This document shows positions 7,989 to 17,642 of a DNA stretch of 44,096 bases, piece by piece. The position numbers and the translations under genes are program-made. The stretch spans positions 1 through 44,096 of the forward strand of contig JBDLIE010000020.1 of assembly GCA_039715015.1 (NCBI GenBank), written 5' to 3'. This DNA comes from Thermodesulfobacteriota bacterium (lineage in GTDB: Bacteria; Desulfobacterota; Desulfobulbia; Desulfobulbales; SURF-16). Numbering within the stretch: position 1 is the first letter of the stretch; every line of letters starts with the position of its first letter. The notes under the pieces are model-generated. The model was not told where the DNA came from. It saw only the letters and a list, made by a program, of their open reading frames with translations, and ran no database searches.

Positions 7989-9203
7989 ATGGCTGGCCTG
8001 AGAAAATTTGTACTGCTCTCTCTTGTCAGCCTTTTAGCGGCGCCCCTGGCTTTGTTGCTGCCGGTTTCCTCTCTTTGCATGGAGTTAACCGGTTCTGTTG
8101 ACCTTGAGGGCCGTTTTTTCTTGCAGAGCCCTCAGTTTCCTGATCAGCGCTCCCAAAGTGCTTCCTTTGCCCTCAATGCCGAGCTCTACCATGAGTTTGT
8201 CAGCGGCTCCAGCCTGATCCTTTCCCCCTTTGCCCGTCTGGACAGTGCTGATAAGGAAAGGAGCCATGCTGATCTGCGTGAACTTAATTATCTTCATGTC
8301 AGGGATGACTGGGAGCTGCGCCTCGGTTTAGGGAAGGTGTTCTGGGGGGCCTGTGAGTTTGTTCACCTGGTGGATATTATCAACCAGACGGATTTGGTTG
8401 AGTCCTTGGATGGAGAGGAAAAGCTGGGGCAGCCTATGCTCCATTTTTCTTTTGTTCGCGGTTGGGGCGTTTTGGATCTCTTTTTGCTCCCCTACTTTCG
8501 TGAGAGAACCTTCCAGGGCGAAAAGGGTCGTTTGCGTTTCCCCTTGATTGTAGATACAGACCACCCTTTGTATGAGAGCGGCAGTGAAGAACTTCACCAG
8601 GATGTATCACTTCGTTATAGTCATAGTCTGGGCGCTGTTGATTTCGGCCTTTCCTATTTCCGTGGGACCTCACGGGAACCCTTCCTGATTGCTGGACTGA
8701 ATTATAAGGATGAGCCTATTCTTACTCCCTATTATGAGCAGATAAGCCAGACTTCCCTCGACCTGCAGGGGGTCTATGGTTCCTGGCTGATCAAGGCCGA
8801 GGCCTTCTATCGAAGAGGTTATGGGCGGCCATTTGCTGCCGCCACCTTTGGCTTTGAATACACCCTCGTCGGTGTTTTTGAAACGGATCTTGATCTCGGT
8901 ATTATAGGCGAATACGTTTTTGACGACCGTGAGAAGGTAAGGCAAGGTCTTTTTAATAACGATCTCATGGGAGGCCTTCGCTTGGCCTTTAACGATGCAG
9001 CCTCCAGTGAGATCCTTATCGGCATTGTCCAGGATGTTGAGCAGAGCTCCCGGTTGCTTACCTTGGAGGCGGGGCGTCGGTTCAGCGACTTTTTACGCCT
9101 CAACCTGGAAGGCACCTGTTTTATGGATGGAGCGAAAGAGAGCGTTGACAACTCCCTGCGTGATGATGATTTTCTTAAGCTGGAGCTGATCTATTATTTT
9201 TAG
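7989..9203 (+). CDS. Putative outer membrane beta-barrel protein
   Basis: Signal peptide, amphipathic strands, VFWG..E..HLVDIINQTD motif seen in barrels of MMPL/LolA-like operons, C-terminal LELIYYF. Confidence 0.8.
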   Translation: MAGLRKFVLLSLVSLLAAPLALLLPVSSLCMELTGSVDLEGRFFLQSPQFPDQRSQSASFALNAELYHEFVSGSSLILSPFARLDSADKERSHADLRELNYLHVRDDWELRLGLGKVFWGACEFVHLVDIINQTDLVESLDGEEKLGQPMLHFSFVRGWGVLDLFLLPYFRERTFQGEKGRLRFPLIVDTDHPLYESGSEELHQDVSLRYSHSLGAVDFGLSYFRGTSREPFLIAGLNYKDEPILTPYYEQISQTSLDLQGVYGSWLIKAEAFYRRGYGRPFAAATFGFEYTLVGVFETDLDLGIIGEYVFDDREKVRQGLFNNDLMGGLRLAFNDAASSEILIGIVQDVEQSSRLLTLEAGRRFSDFLRLNLEGTCFMDGAKESVDNSLRDDDFLKLELIYYF

Positions 9204-9230
9204 GGGAGAGGCCGAAGGGGAGGCTTAGTT

Positions 9231-9707
9231 ATGGTACGCCGCATTCGCTGTCTTCATTTCATACTTTTGGTTTTTCTGTGCTTTTTTCTCATTTCTTGCC
9301 TGCCTAAAACCGGCCATATTTCCTTAGATTTCGATGATGACGTAGAGGTTGACCTGACCCGCGGCAAACTGCAACCCGGATTTATCTATTATTACAGTGG
9401 CCCGGAGGCAGAGCCTCACACCATTATTGCTATTGATGATGACGTTCCCTTTCAGCAAAATTTCTGGCAACCGGCTCAATTTGGTAAGATACAGGTGGAA
9501 GAATGGCTTGAGGCCATTGATAATCGTCATCGGCCAATAACCGATATGTATTCCGGGGGTAGGCTTCTGGATAGGAAAGGCAATTTCTTAGGGATATGGT
9601 TCTCCAGATATAATTTTTTCGCTGGCTATATTGATAGTGAGGGTAAGCTTGTCATCAAACGACCTCATCGCCGTAACAACAGATTACGGTTCAGGCAAAG
9701 CAAATAG
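9231..9707 (+). CDS. Hypothetical lipoprotein
   Basis: Hydrophobic signal with lipobox LISC; GGAGG upstream. Confidence 0.7.
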   Translation: MVRRIRCLHFILLVFLCFFLISCLPKTGHISLDFDDDVEVDLTRGKLQPGFIYYYSGPEAEPHTIIAIDDDVPFQQNFWQPAQFGKIQVEEWLEAIDNRHRPITDMYSGGRLLDRKGNFLGIWFSRYNFFAGYIDSEGKLVIKRPHRRNNRLRFRQSK

Positions 9708-9792
9708 TAACTATTACCAAATAACTCTTTACATGGTAACTCCGGGTGGTATTATGGTGCCAACAAGAAAATGATTCCCCCAGGAGGTAATT

Positions 9793-10236
9793 ATGTGTGT
9801 TGAAGTGAAGAGAACCTGTCAATGCGGCTCAAAAGAGGCCTCTTTCCATATGCGTGACCATATCATGGCCCCTGAAGTTGTTGACCGTATATACTGCCCT
9901 GAATGCTCATCCACTGTCAGCAAGGACAAGGAAACCATGCTTGCCGACAATGGCTGGCTCATTGAGTATGATATGGACATGGCTCGGATGTTTGCCATTA
10001 CTAAACTGAAGATGGACCCGGCCAGGGTTAATCCGGAGTTTGTCTTTGATGGGGGCTATGCCACCTGGAAGGAAATGTACCCTGGAGAGACAGAGGAGAT
10101 TGCTGATGAGCGTTGGCAGATCATCTCCAGGAAGAGTGAAGACCCTACGCGCTATCTTCGCGAAATTAATGAGTGGGCTGTGAATCGTATTCAGCGCCTT
10201 AAAAAAATTGGCTGGCGCAAGGCGCACTTGGCCTGA
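9793..10236 (+). CDS. Hypothetical protein with CxC and CxxC motifs
   Basis: AGGAGG RBS, MCVEVKRTCQCG...YCPECS, followed by a terminator. Confidence 0.8.
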   Translation: MCVEVKRTCQCGSKEASFHMRDHIMAPEVVDRIYCPECSSTVSKDKETMLADNGWLIEYDMDMARMFAITKLKMDPARVNPEFVFDGGYATWKEMYPGETEEIADERWQIISRKSEDPTRYLREINEWAVNRIQRLKKIGWRKAHLA

Positions 10237-10253
10237 TTGCTGACGAGATATTT

Positions 10254-10295
10254 ATAAAAAAAGCGGCTCCCCAAAAGGGGAGCCGCTTTTTTTAT
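10254..10295. terminator. Bidirectional rho-independent terminator
   Basis: Perfect inverted repeat ATAAAAAAAGCGGCTCCCC-aaaa-GGGGAGCCGCTTTTTTTAT between convergent genes. Confidence 0.9.
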
Positions 10296-10429
10296 GGTTC
10301 TTCGTCGAAGTCCGGAAGAGGTGGTCAGGTACAAGTTAGAAGGCTAAAGTTTTCCCACCTTGTGCCAGTATTTCCGTGGATTCCGCGGCAAAAACAAAGT
10401 CATTCCCGCTAATCGACGAAGAGCCTTTT

Positions 10430-10798
10430 TTATTTGGTTTCTATTCTATTGGATCGTCTCTGCCATAGCCGCCAGCCCCAGAGAAACAAGCCAGCGCCGA
10501 TGACGTCGGCAATTATATCGGCAAAGCTGGAATAACGACCGGAGATGAAGGATTGATGAAACTCATCGCTGATTCCGTAGAGCAGGCAAAAAAGGAGAAT
10601 ACTCCACAGTGGAGCAGCACCTCGCCTGGTGATCTGGGGCAACCAGGCCCAGAGAGCTGCGGCGGCCAGGGTCGCATAGGCCAGGACATGGAGAACTTTA
10701 TCCATACCGATGTGTAGTTGTCGGGGCATCTCTTTTCCCGGGATGTGGGAAAAGAGGAAAATAATCACCATTATGCTGACAAGGGGCAAAAAGCGCAT
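10430..10798 (-). CDS. VanZ-family membrane protein
   Basis: DKVLHVLAYATL, YGISDEFHQSFISGRYSSFADIIADVIG. Confidence 0.9.
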   Translation of the reverse strand: MRFLPLVSIMVIIFLFSHIPGKEMPRQLHIGMDKVLHVLAYATLAAAALWAWLPQITRRGAAPLWSILLFCLLYGISDEFHQSFISGRYSSFADIIADVIGAGLFLWGWRLWQRRSNRIETK

Positions 10799-10801
10799 AC
10801 C

Positions 10802-11227
10802 TCAAAGCCCCTTGGTGATAGAGTCCGTGTCAGAGTTGTGTTGCAATTTGGCGGATCTTTTAAGAAGAATAATGACCCAGAACAGAATCACCACCATGAC
10901 GCCTATCATGTCGGCTTCAAGGTCAACCTTGTCTGGTCGCCGACCGGGAATAAAGGATTGATACCACTCTTCAAGACCACCGTAGGCTAGACAGATGAAA
11001 ATAGTGGCAGTGCTCGTCCGAAGAGGGAAACGGCGGGGAAGGTTACGGCCAAAGGCAAAGAGGTAACTGGCAGCCAAAATTCCGTAGGCTAATGCATGGG
11101 CATATTTGTCGACGCCGCCATGCAGAAAAGAAGGTTGGTATTTGCCGGGCAGCGAAGCGGCTGCAAAGATGGCCCCGGTTACCAGCAGAGCAGGAAGAAG
11201 GCGCAGCAGCTTTCGTGTCTCTGCCAT
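10802..11227 (-). CDS. VanZ-family membrane protein (second copy)
   Basis: DKYAHALAYGIL, YGGLEEWYQSFIPGRRPDKVDLEADMIG. ATG 11227 chosen to avoid overlap with the upstream gene. Confidence 0.88.
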   Translation of the reverse strand: MAETRKLLRLLPALLVTGAIFAAASLPGKYQPSFLHGGVDKYAHALAYGILAASYLFAFGRNLPRRFPLRTSTATIFICLAYGGLEEWYQSFIPGRRPDKVDLEADMIGVMVVILFWVIILLKRSAKLQHNSDTDSITKGL

Positions 11228-11231
11228 GACA

Positions 11232-11732
11232 TTAGCCCTCGTCGAGATGAATGGATGCCAATACTTCTTTGGGGAATTTTTTGCGGATCCGTTTGATTGC
11301 CGCAAAAATGGAATGGGTGGGAAGCTCGCTCAGTTTTGTTTCTGTCTTGTCCTTATAGGCGGTGACAAAGAATTGTTTTTTGCGAATGCTGAAACGGTGT
11401 GACCAGTTGACCTCGATGGTTTCAGGGCTTTCCTTGATTTCTACATCGATCTTTTCACCCTTTTTGGCAACCTTGAGGGCATCGGCATCGGTCATCTCAA
11501 GAAGCCAGCCATCTCCCTCCGCCGTTGAGACAAAGATGAAAACGCCCATGGTGTTTACTGAGGCCTGTTTGGCAACCGCCAACTCCTGGAGTTTTACCAC
11601 CTCGCCGTTCAGGGTAACCTGGGCGGCTTTCTCCTGACTCTTTGGCTGGAATTTACCAATATCATTGCAGCATTTCTTGAACTTCTTGCCACTCCCGCAG
11701 GGACAGGGGTCGTTTCTTCCTATTTTCATCAT
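11232..11732 (-). CDS. SEC-C metal-binding motif protein
   Basis: N-terminal [20 protein letters not shown] followed by an uncharacterised domain. Confidence 0.88.
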   Translation of the reverse strand: MMKIGRNDPCPCGSGKKFKKCCNDIGKFQPKSQEKAAQVTLNGEVVKLQELAVAKQASVNTMGVFIFVSTAEGDGWLLEMTDADALKVAKKGEKIDVEIKESPETIEVNWSHRFSIRKKQFFVTAYKDKTETKLSELPTHSIFAAIKRIRKKFPKEVLASIHLDEG

Positions 11733-11979
11733 ATATATCTTTGGAGGATTTTTAGTTTTCGTTTTTGAAAACAGCTAGGCCATCATGTCTCGCTAAAAGC
11801 AGTCTCCTTTCAGACTCCATGATATTCACAAAGGTAGATGGGTACTAAACCATCTCGCCTTATCCCTTGTCAATCCAGATATTTTTAAAATAGTAAGAGC
11901 CTGAAAGCACTAAGTGCCACAGGTGACAAGGCACTGCTGCCTGGGCACGAGACTCTTTGCCAATCTGGCCATTAATTTT

Positions 11980-12242
11980 GGTTCATCACGGATTACAGTG
12001 GGCGTCCTGTACCCTGTATTGCCTTTCTTTCTCTGGACATTGCTTCGTTCATTTTCGCCGCTCCGCTGCTGCTTGCCCAGCCAGTGAAACGGGCGAAAAC
12101 GAACCAAAAAGGGCACCCCTAACAGTCCTGGCCTTCGGCAGCACTCGCCTTGCCCAGCTCCCTGCTCGCTCAGGCCTGAATGGGGAAAGGCAAAATCAAA
12201 ACATCTAAAAAACAAAGGTTCCACTGCAATCCGTGATGAACC
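11980..12242. mobile_element. MITE-like non-autonomous element, 263 bp, ISL3-like ends
   Basis: 22-bp terminal inverted repeats with one mismatch: GGTTCATCACGGATTACAGTGG (11980-12001) and CCACTGCAATCCGTGATGAACC (12221-12242). T-rich flanks, internal hairpins, no credible ORF. Confidence 0.75.
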
Positions 12243-12271
12243 TTTTTTTATGGCAGGTGAATGCAAGTTTT

Positions 12272-13444
12272 TTAAATTTCTTCAGAAAGGGCCATGACCA
12301 TGGCACCCTTGGCTGTGGTGTTGAGTGGGTCATCGGCAATACGAACCTCTGAGATCTCAACCGGCAGGTCAGCCTTGCGCAGGCCTTTTTCAAACAGGTC
12401 CTGAAAGCCCTTGGGGAGAACGGTGCCGCCACTAAGAGCAATGGGCAGGGGGGTGTTGATATTGGGCATTTTATCCGTAGTCTTCAACTCGTGCTCAAGG
12501 CTGTTAAGCAGGTGGGAGACGAGGTCAACGTAGTAGATGTCCAAGGCGGTTTCCACACGATCCTGAGGGGTTCTGGCCAGGTTGAGGCTGCCCTCCTTGA
12601 TCATTTTGATACGGGTGGCAGGCTCGCCCACAGAGGCACCACCATGCTGTCGATATAATCACCACCCTTCTGGACGGAGAAGTTAAGAACAGGAACAGAG
12701 AGATAAGAGAGGCAGATGTTACACATGCCGCCACCCATGCTGATGCCGATGCCAGTGAAATTGTCGTTGGCAAGTTCACTCATGATGGTGGCCAGGCCCT
12801 CATTAATGGAAATGGGGCGGTAGCCCAGGGAGGCCAAGTACATCTTTAATGATAGACTCGTGATAAACCACCGAGGCATTACCGTCCACCGGCACGCCCG
12901 GCATGGAGAAACAGACCACCTCCTGCTTGTCGGTCTTCGCCAACAGAGAGCTGATGATAGATTGCAGGACGGTGATACCTTCATCCTCATGACTGGAGAG
13001 GATACCCTCTTCCATGGTCCGGCGGGTATTGGTGTTAAACATATTGGCAAAGTTTTCCGCCGAATAGCCCAGGATATAAAACTGATCGTCCTTGGCATAA
13101 AAGGTAATATCGTTTTCCATCAGAATTTTTTTAGTAAACTTGGAGTAAGGAATGGTGAAGAATGCATTAAGCTGGTTTACCGTATTGATGTGGCGCCCGG
13201 CATTCTGGGCCATGACAATATGGCTGGTGCCGATATCAAGGCCCACAGGACCGCTTGGTCTTTCAGCCATCTCACCAATCTCCTTGTCACGGGAAACCAC
13301 GGTTTTATGGGATGCCTCCATGGCAGTCTCAATATTTTCCAGATCTGCCAGGTCTCCAGCGTTGCCCCCGGAGGACTTGCTGCCCGCTTGAGGGGCGGCG
13401 TTTTGGCCTGGAAAGTTACCTCTGGATTTTTTTAGTTTAGCCAT
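12272..13444 (-). pseudogene. Divergent actin-superfamily ATPase (volactin-like), interrupted by two frameshifts (possibly sequencing errors)
   Basis: Joining ORFs 12803-13444, 12601-13098 and 12272-12631 gives 390 aa with all actin-fold motifs in order: GLDIGTSH, INEGLATIMSE, GISMGGGMCNI, KGGDYID, LSGGTVLPKGF, DPLNTTAKGA. Confidence 0.85.
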
Positions 13445-13652
13445 TTCTCACCTGCTTCATTTTCTTAATGAATATTTAAAAAAAAGATCGTCTCGATTCC
13501 CGTTTTCTATTTGAACATAAAAATGGTACATTCAGCCTCCATTTTTATGGGGAATTGAGAATAAAAAACAACGTAAGCAAAGGGTTACGCAGCACCAGAA
13601 AGCATTATGGCCAGAAAACCGCTTTATTTCCAAATATTTTGACATATTTATC

Positions 13653-16600
13653 GTGAATGGGCAGATAAAAAAAATAAAGTATCCCGAGAACTTACCTATC
13701 GTTGCTGAAAGGCAGGCCATCATCGCCGCCATAAAAAAGCATCAGGTGGTGATAATTGCCGGTGATACAGGGTCAGGGAAAACCACCCAGCTTCCGAAGA
13801 TGTGTCTGGATGCGGGCCGTGGTGTGGAACAGAAAATTGGCTGTACCCAGCCCCGCCGTATAGCTGCTACTTCCATTGCTGCCCGGGTTGCCGAGGAGCT
13901 TGGCGAGTCCGGATCTGTGGTGGGATATAAGATCCGCTTCCGCAACCAGACAAGCGCGGCCACCCGCATTAAATTTATGACCGACGGTATTCTCCTGGCC
14001 GAAGCCCAAGGGGATAAACGTCTCTCTGCTTATGACACCATCATCATTGATGAGGCCCATGAGCGCAGTCTTAATATTGATTTTCTTCTCGGCATTATGC
14101 AGCGCATCTTAAAACGCCGCCCTGACCTGAAGCTGATCATCACCTCTGCCACCATTGACACTGAAAAATTTGCCAAGGCCTTTGGTAATGCTCCTATTAT
14201 CGAAGTCACGGGCCGCACCTTTCCGGTGGAAATCAGATATCCAGAGAGAGAGGAAAATGGTGATGGCGGCGATTATGTCGAACAAGCAGTTCAGGCGGCC
14301 TTGGAACTCATGCGCCGGGACGGCCCTGGCGATATGCTGCTCTTCATGCCTACGGAACGTGACATTCGTGAAGCGGTTGCCCTCTTTGAAAGCCGTTTCG
14401 GCAAGCAAAAGGGACGGCAAACGCCCCTTGTTCTTCCCCTCTATGGACGCTTGGCAGGCCGCGACCAGAATCGTGTTTTTCAAGAGACAAATAGAGGCAA
14501 AATCGTTGTTGCCACCAATGTGGCGGAGACCTCCCTCACAGTGCCGGGCATCCGCTATGTTGTTGATACGGGCCTGGCAAGGATTTTAAGCTATAACGTC
14601 AGAGCCCGGACCAGTAAACTGCCCATTGCCAAAATTTCCAGGGCCAGCTGTGATCAGCGGGCCGGACGCTGTGGCCGGGTGGGGCCCGGTATCTGCCTGC
14701 GTCTCTTTGAAGAAAAGGACTACCTGAACCGCTCGGAATTCACCCGGCCGGAGATCCTCCGGTCTAATTTGGCGGAGGTTATTTTGCGGATGACCAGCCT
14801 TAACCTGGGGGAACCTGCCAGCTTTCCCTTTGTTGATCCACCCACTGGTCGGGCCATTGCCGATGGCTATCATCTTCTGACTGAGCTTGGTGCCCTTGAT
14901 AAAAAGAGGCGCTTGACCCGTTCTGGCCGCCTCATGGCCCGTCTGCCCCTTGATCCCAGAATTTCAAGGATGATTATTGAGGCCCGCCACCAAAATTGCG
15001 TACGGGAGATGGTCATTGTTGCCGCTGCCCTGTCCATCCAGGACCCCCGCATCCGTCCAAGTGACAGGGAGGCCGTTGCCGATGAGACTCATGCCAGATT
15101 TCAGTCAGAGACCTCCGATTTTGAGAGCCTCCTGAATCTTTGGAACCTCTTTACCAGCACCGCTGTTGCGGTGGGCAGCCTCTCCAGGCTGCGGAAATTT
15201 TGCAAGCAGAACTTCCTTTCCTTTCAGCGAATGCGTGAATGGCAGGACATCCATGAGCAGATACGCTCCATCCTTGCTGAAGAGGGCAGGGGTAAGCGTC
15301 ATGGTGCCCTGCGTTTTGTGGAAAACAGTGAGGAGGCAAGCTACGACCAGATTCATCGTGCTATTTTAAGTGGCAATCTACGCAATATCGGCCTCAAAAA
15401 GGCCAAGAATATCTATCAGGGCTGCCAGGACAAAGAACTCATGGTCTTCCCCGGTTCAGGTCAGTTTGGCAAAAACAGGAGCTGGATCATGGCTGGCGAG
15501 CTCATGGAAACATCTCGTCTTTTTGCCCGGATCGTTGCAGGAATAAAGCCTGAATGGATAGAGCCCCTGGCCGGTCACCTCTGCAAACGGGCCTACCTGG
15601 AACCCCATTGGGCAAAAAAACAGGGTATGGTGGTGGCCAAAGAACAGGTCTCCCTCTTTGGCCTTATTATTGTGGCGGGCCGCCGGCTCAACTATGGTAA
15701 AGTGGCGCCTGTTGAGGCGAGGGAGATTTTTATCCAGCATGCCTTGGTCGCAGGCGAGCTTGGCGGCAGCTTCCGTTTTCTGGCTGAAAACCGCAGGCTC
15801 ATAAAAAATATGGAGGAGGTGGAGCATCGTACCCGCCAGCGCGGTGTGCTGGTCGATGAGTTAGAGTTTTTTGATTTTTATGCTAAACGCCTGCCCCAGG
15901 ATGTCTTTGACCGTCAGGGCCTTGCCCGATGTGTCAAGAAAGGTGGGGGCGATGATTTCCTGCGGATGCGCGAGGCTGATATCGTCAAAGGCCAGCCGGA
16001 TGATAACCGTCTCGCTGATTTTCCTGAGTCCATCCATTGCGGTGAACTGACCTTTAAGCTCCGTTATTGTTTTGAGCCCGGCCAAAATGAGGATGGCATT
16101 GCCGTGGTCATCCCCAAGAACCTGGCCGCCCATAGCCGCCGGGAGCATTTTGAATGGCTGGTCCCCGGTCTTCTTCAGGAAAAAGTCACCTGCCTGTTAA
16201 AAAGTCTGCCCAAGTCAATCCGCCGTAATCTGGTACCCATACCCCATTCTGCTGAACGGTTGATGCCCTTGCTTGCCCCTTACCAAGGCAATCTTTTTCG
16301 CCAGCTCGAAGAGGCCATACTGAAGGTCTTCCAGCTCAGGGTGGAGCCTGGTATGTGGAGTACGGATAACCTGCCCCGTCATCTCTGTATGCGTTTTGAG
16401 CTGGTGGATGGTGAAGAGGTGGAATCTACGCGTGACCCAAAGGTGTTGGTGCAGAAAAAGATCGGACAAGATGATGATTGTCAGGGCCTTGTGGCCTTAC
16501 GGAAGCGATATGAGAGGGATGGTGTTCGAAGCTGGGATTTTGACGATCTGCCTGATCGTTTCCAGGTAAAAGATAACAAGGGTAACCTTACCGGTTTTGC

Positions 16601-17423
16601 CTATCCTGGCCTGCTGAGCCAGGGCAAGGCTGGCGTAGGTCTTCGCGTCTTTAGCGATATCATCAAGTGCCGGAGCAAAACACGAGAAGCGCTGCTGGTG
16701 CTCTACGGCCTCCAGTTTGTCAAAGGGCTAAAAAGTTTTGAAAAAGATTTTTCTCTGCCCCGTGCCCACTGGGCCCTCTATGAGGGGGTGGCCAGTCATG
16801 AGGAGATTAATAAGGACCTCTTTTCCTTCATATTGCGCGAGATCTTCTGTTGCCAGAACGGTCTTATCCCTGGGAAGGATGTTTTTACCTCCACCCTGGA
16901 GAATGTTAAAAAGGCCGGGCCTTATGTCCTTGGTAAGAAGGTCCTTGATCAGGTCGTCATCGTCCTTCAGGAGAGACGTGCCACTCTGGATTTTATCAGC
17001 GGCCTCGAAAATCAATGCCGCGGTAAAAAATATTTCGGCATAAGCGAGCAGGAATGCGCCATGTTCAGGGCTGAAGTGGCCCGTTATCTTCCTCCTGATT
17101 TTCTGGCCACCATGAATGCGGAGAAACTTCTCCAGGTGCCCCGTTATCTTAAGGGGCTGACCATCCGTCTGCAGCGTAAACTTCAGGATCCAGCTAAGGA
17201 TGCGGCCCGTCTCAAGGAAATAACACCCTTTGTCGATTGGCTTGCTGATGTTCGCAAAAGGGAAGGCCTGCCCCCTGAAGTGGAGGAGGAGTTCGACCAT
17301 TTTGCCACCATGATCGAGGAGCTGCGGATTTCCCTTTTTGCCCAGGAATTAAAAACACTCTTTCCCATCTCCAGCAAGCGCCTCAAGAAAAAACAGCAGG
17401 CCATAACAATACTGCTGCCCTAA
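13653..17423 (+). CDS. hrpA: ATP-dependent RNA helicase HrpA
   Basis: GDTGSGKTTQLPK, TQPRR, DEAH, SAT, TNVAETSLTVPG, QRAGRCGR, C-terminal EELRISLFAQELKT..PIS.KRL; 1256 aa. Confidence 0.96.
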   Translation: MNGQIKKIKYPENLPIVAERQAIIAAIKKHQVVIIAGDTGSGKTTQLPKMCLDAGRGVEQKIGCTQPRRIAATSIAARVAEELGESGSVVGYKIRFRNQTSAATRIKFMTDGILLAEAQGDKRLSAYDTIIIDEAHERSLNIDFLLGIMQRILKRRPDLKLIITSATIDTEKFAKAFGNAPIIEVTGRTFPVEIRYPEREENGDGGDYVEQAVQAALELMRRDGPGDMLLFMPTERDIREAVALFESRFGKQKGRQTPLVLPLYGRLAGRDQNRVFQETNRGKIVVATNVAETSLTVPGIRYVVDTGLARILSYNVRARTSKLPIAKISRASCDQRAGRCGRVGPGICLRLFEEKDYLNRSEFTRPEILRSNLAEVILRMTSLNLGEPASFPFVDPPTGRAIADGYHLLTELGALDKKRRLTRSGRLMARLPLDPRISRMIIEARHQNCVREMVIVAAALSIQDPRIRPSDREAVADETHARFQSETSDFESLLNLWNLFTSTAVAVGSLSRLRKFCKQNFLSFQRMREWQDIHEQIRSILAEEGRGKRHGALRFVENSEEASYDQIHRAILSGNLRNIGLKKAKNIYQGCQDKELMVFPGSGQFGKNRSWIMAGELMETSRLFARIVAGIKPEWIEPLAGHLCKRAYLEPHWAKKQGMVVAKEQVSLFGLIIVAGRRLNYGKVAPVEAREIFIQHALVAGELGGSFRFLAENRRLIKNMEEVEHRTRQRGVLVDELEFFDFYAKRLPQDVFDRQGLARCVKKGGGDDFLRMREADIVKGQPDDNRLADFPESIHCGELTFKLRYCFEPGQNEDGIAVVIPKNLAAHSRREHFEWLVPGLLQEKVTCLLKSLPKSIRRNLVPIPHSAERLMPLLAPYQGNLFRQLEEAILKVFQLRVEPGMWSTDNLPRHLCMRFELVDGEEVESTRDPKVLVQKKIGQDDDCQGLVALRKRYERDGVRSWDFDDLPDRFQVKDNKGNLTGFAYPGLLSQGKAGVGLRVFSDIIKCRSKTREALLVLYGLQFVKGLKSFEKDFSLPRAHWALYEGVASHEEINKDLFSFILREIFCCQNGLIPGKDVFTSTLENVKKAGPYVLGKKVLDQVVIVLQERRATLDFISGLENQCRGKKYFGISEQECAMFRAEVARYLPPDFLATMNAEKLLQVPRYLKGLTIRLQRKLQDPAKDAARLKEITPFVDWLADVRKREGLPPEVEEEFDHFATMIEELRISLFAQELKTLFPISSKRLKKKQQAITILLP

Positions 17424-17642
17424 TTTGCCCCTTCGCCATTTGCCTTTCTGGGAAGGTTTAATTTTCCTTGAGAGCACAAGAAAGATGAGGGAATAATCCA
17501 GGCTACCCGTACAACTGTTTGACAAGAAAGGAGATAATGCGGACAATAAAGTGTTCCCCCTGCTGGTTTTTTCAGGCAGTATTGAGGCAGGGTGTTTTCT
17601 TTTCCCAGGAGCAGCGGATAGTGGCTAGAAGAAGGCAAAGGC

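Noticed and set aside
11910..12266. ORFs of 118 aa (-) and 83 aa (+)
   Set aside because: They lie over the MITE and show no protein-like features.
12272..13444. Calling the actin-like gene mreB, mamK or ftsA, or three separate genes
   Set aside because: Family-specific motifs and operon context are absent; the three ORFs are consecutive parts of one fold.
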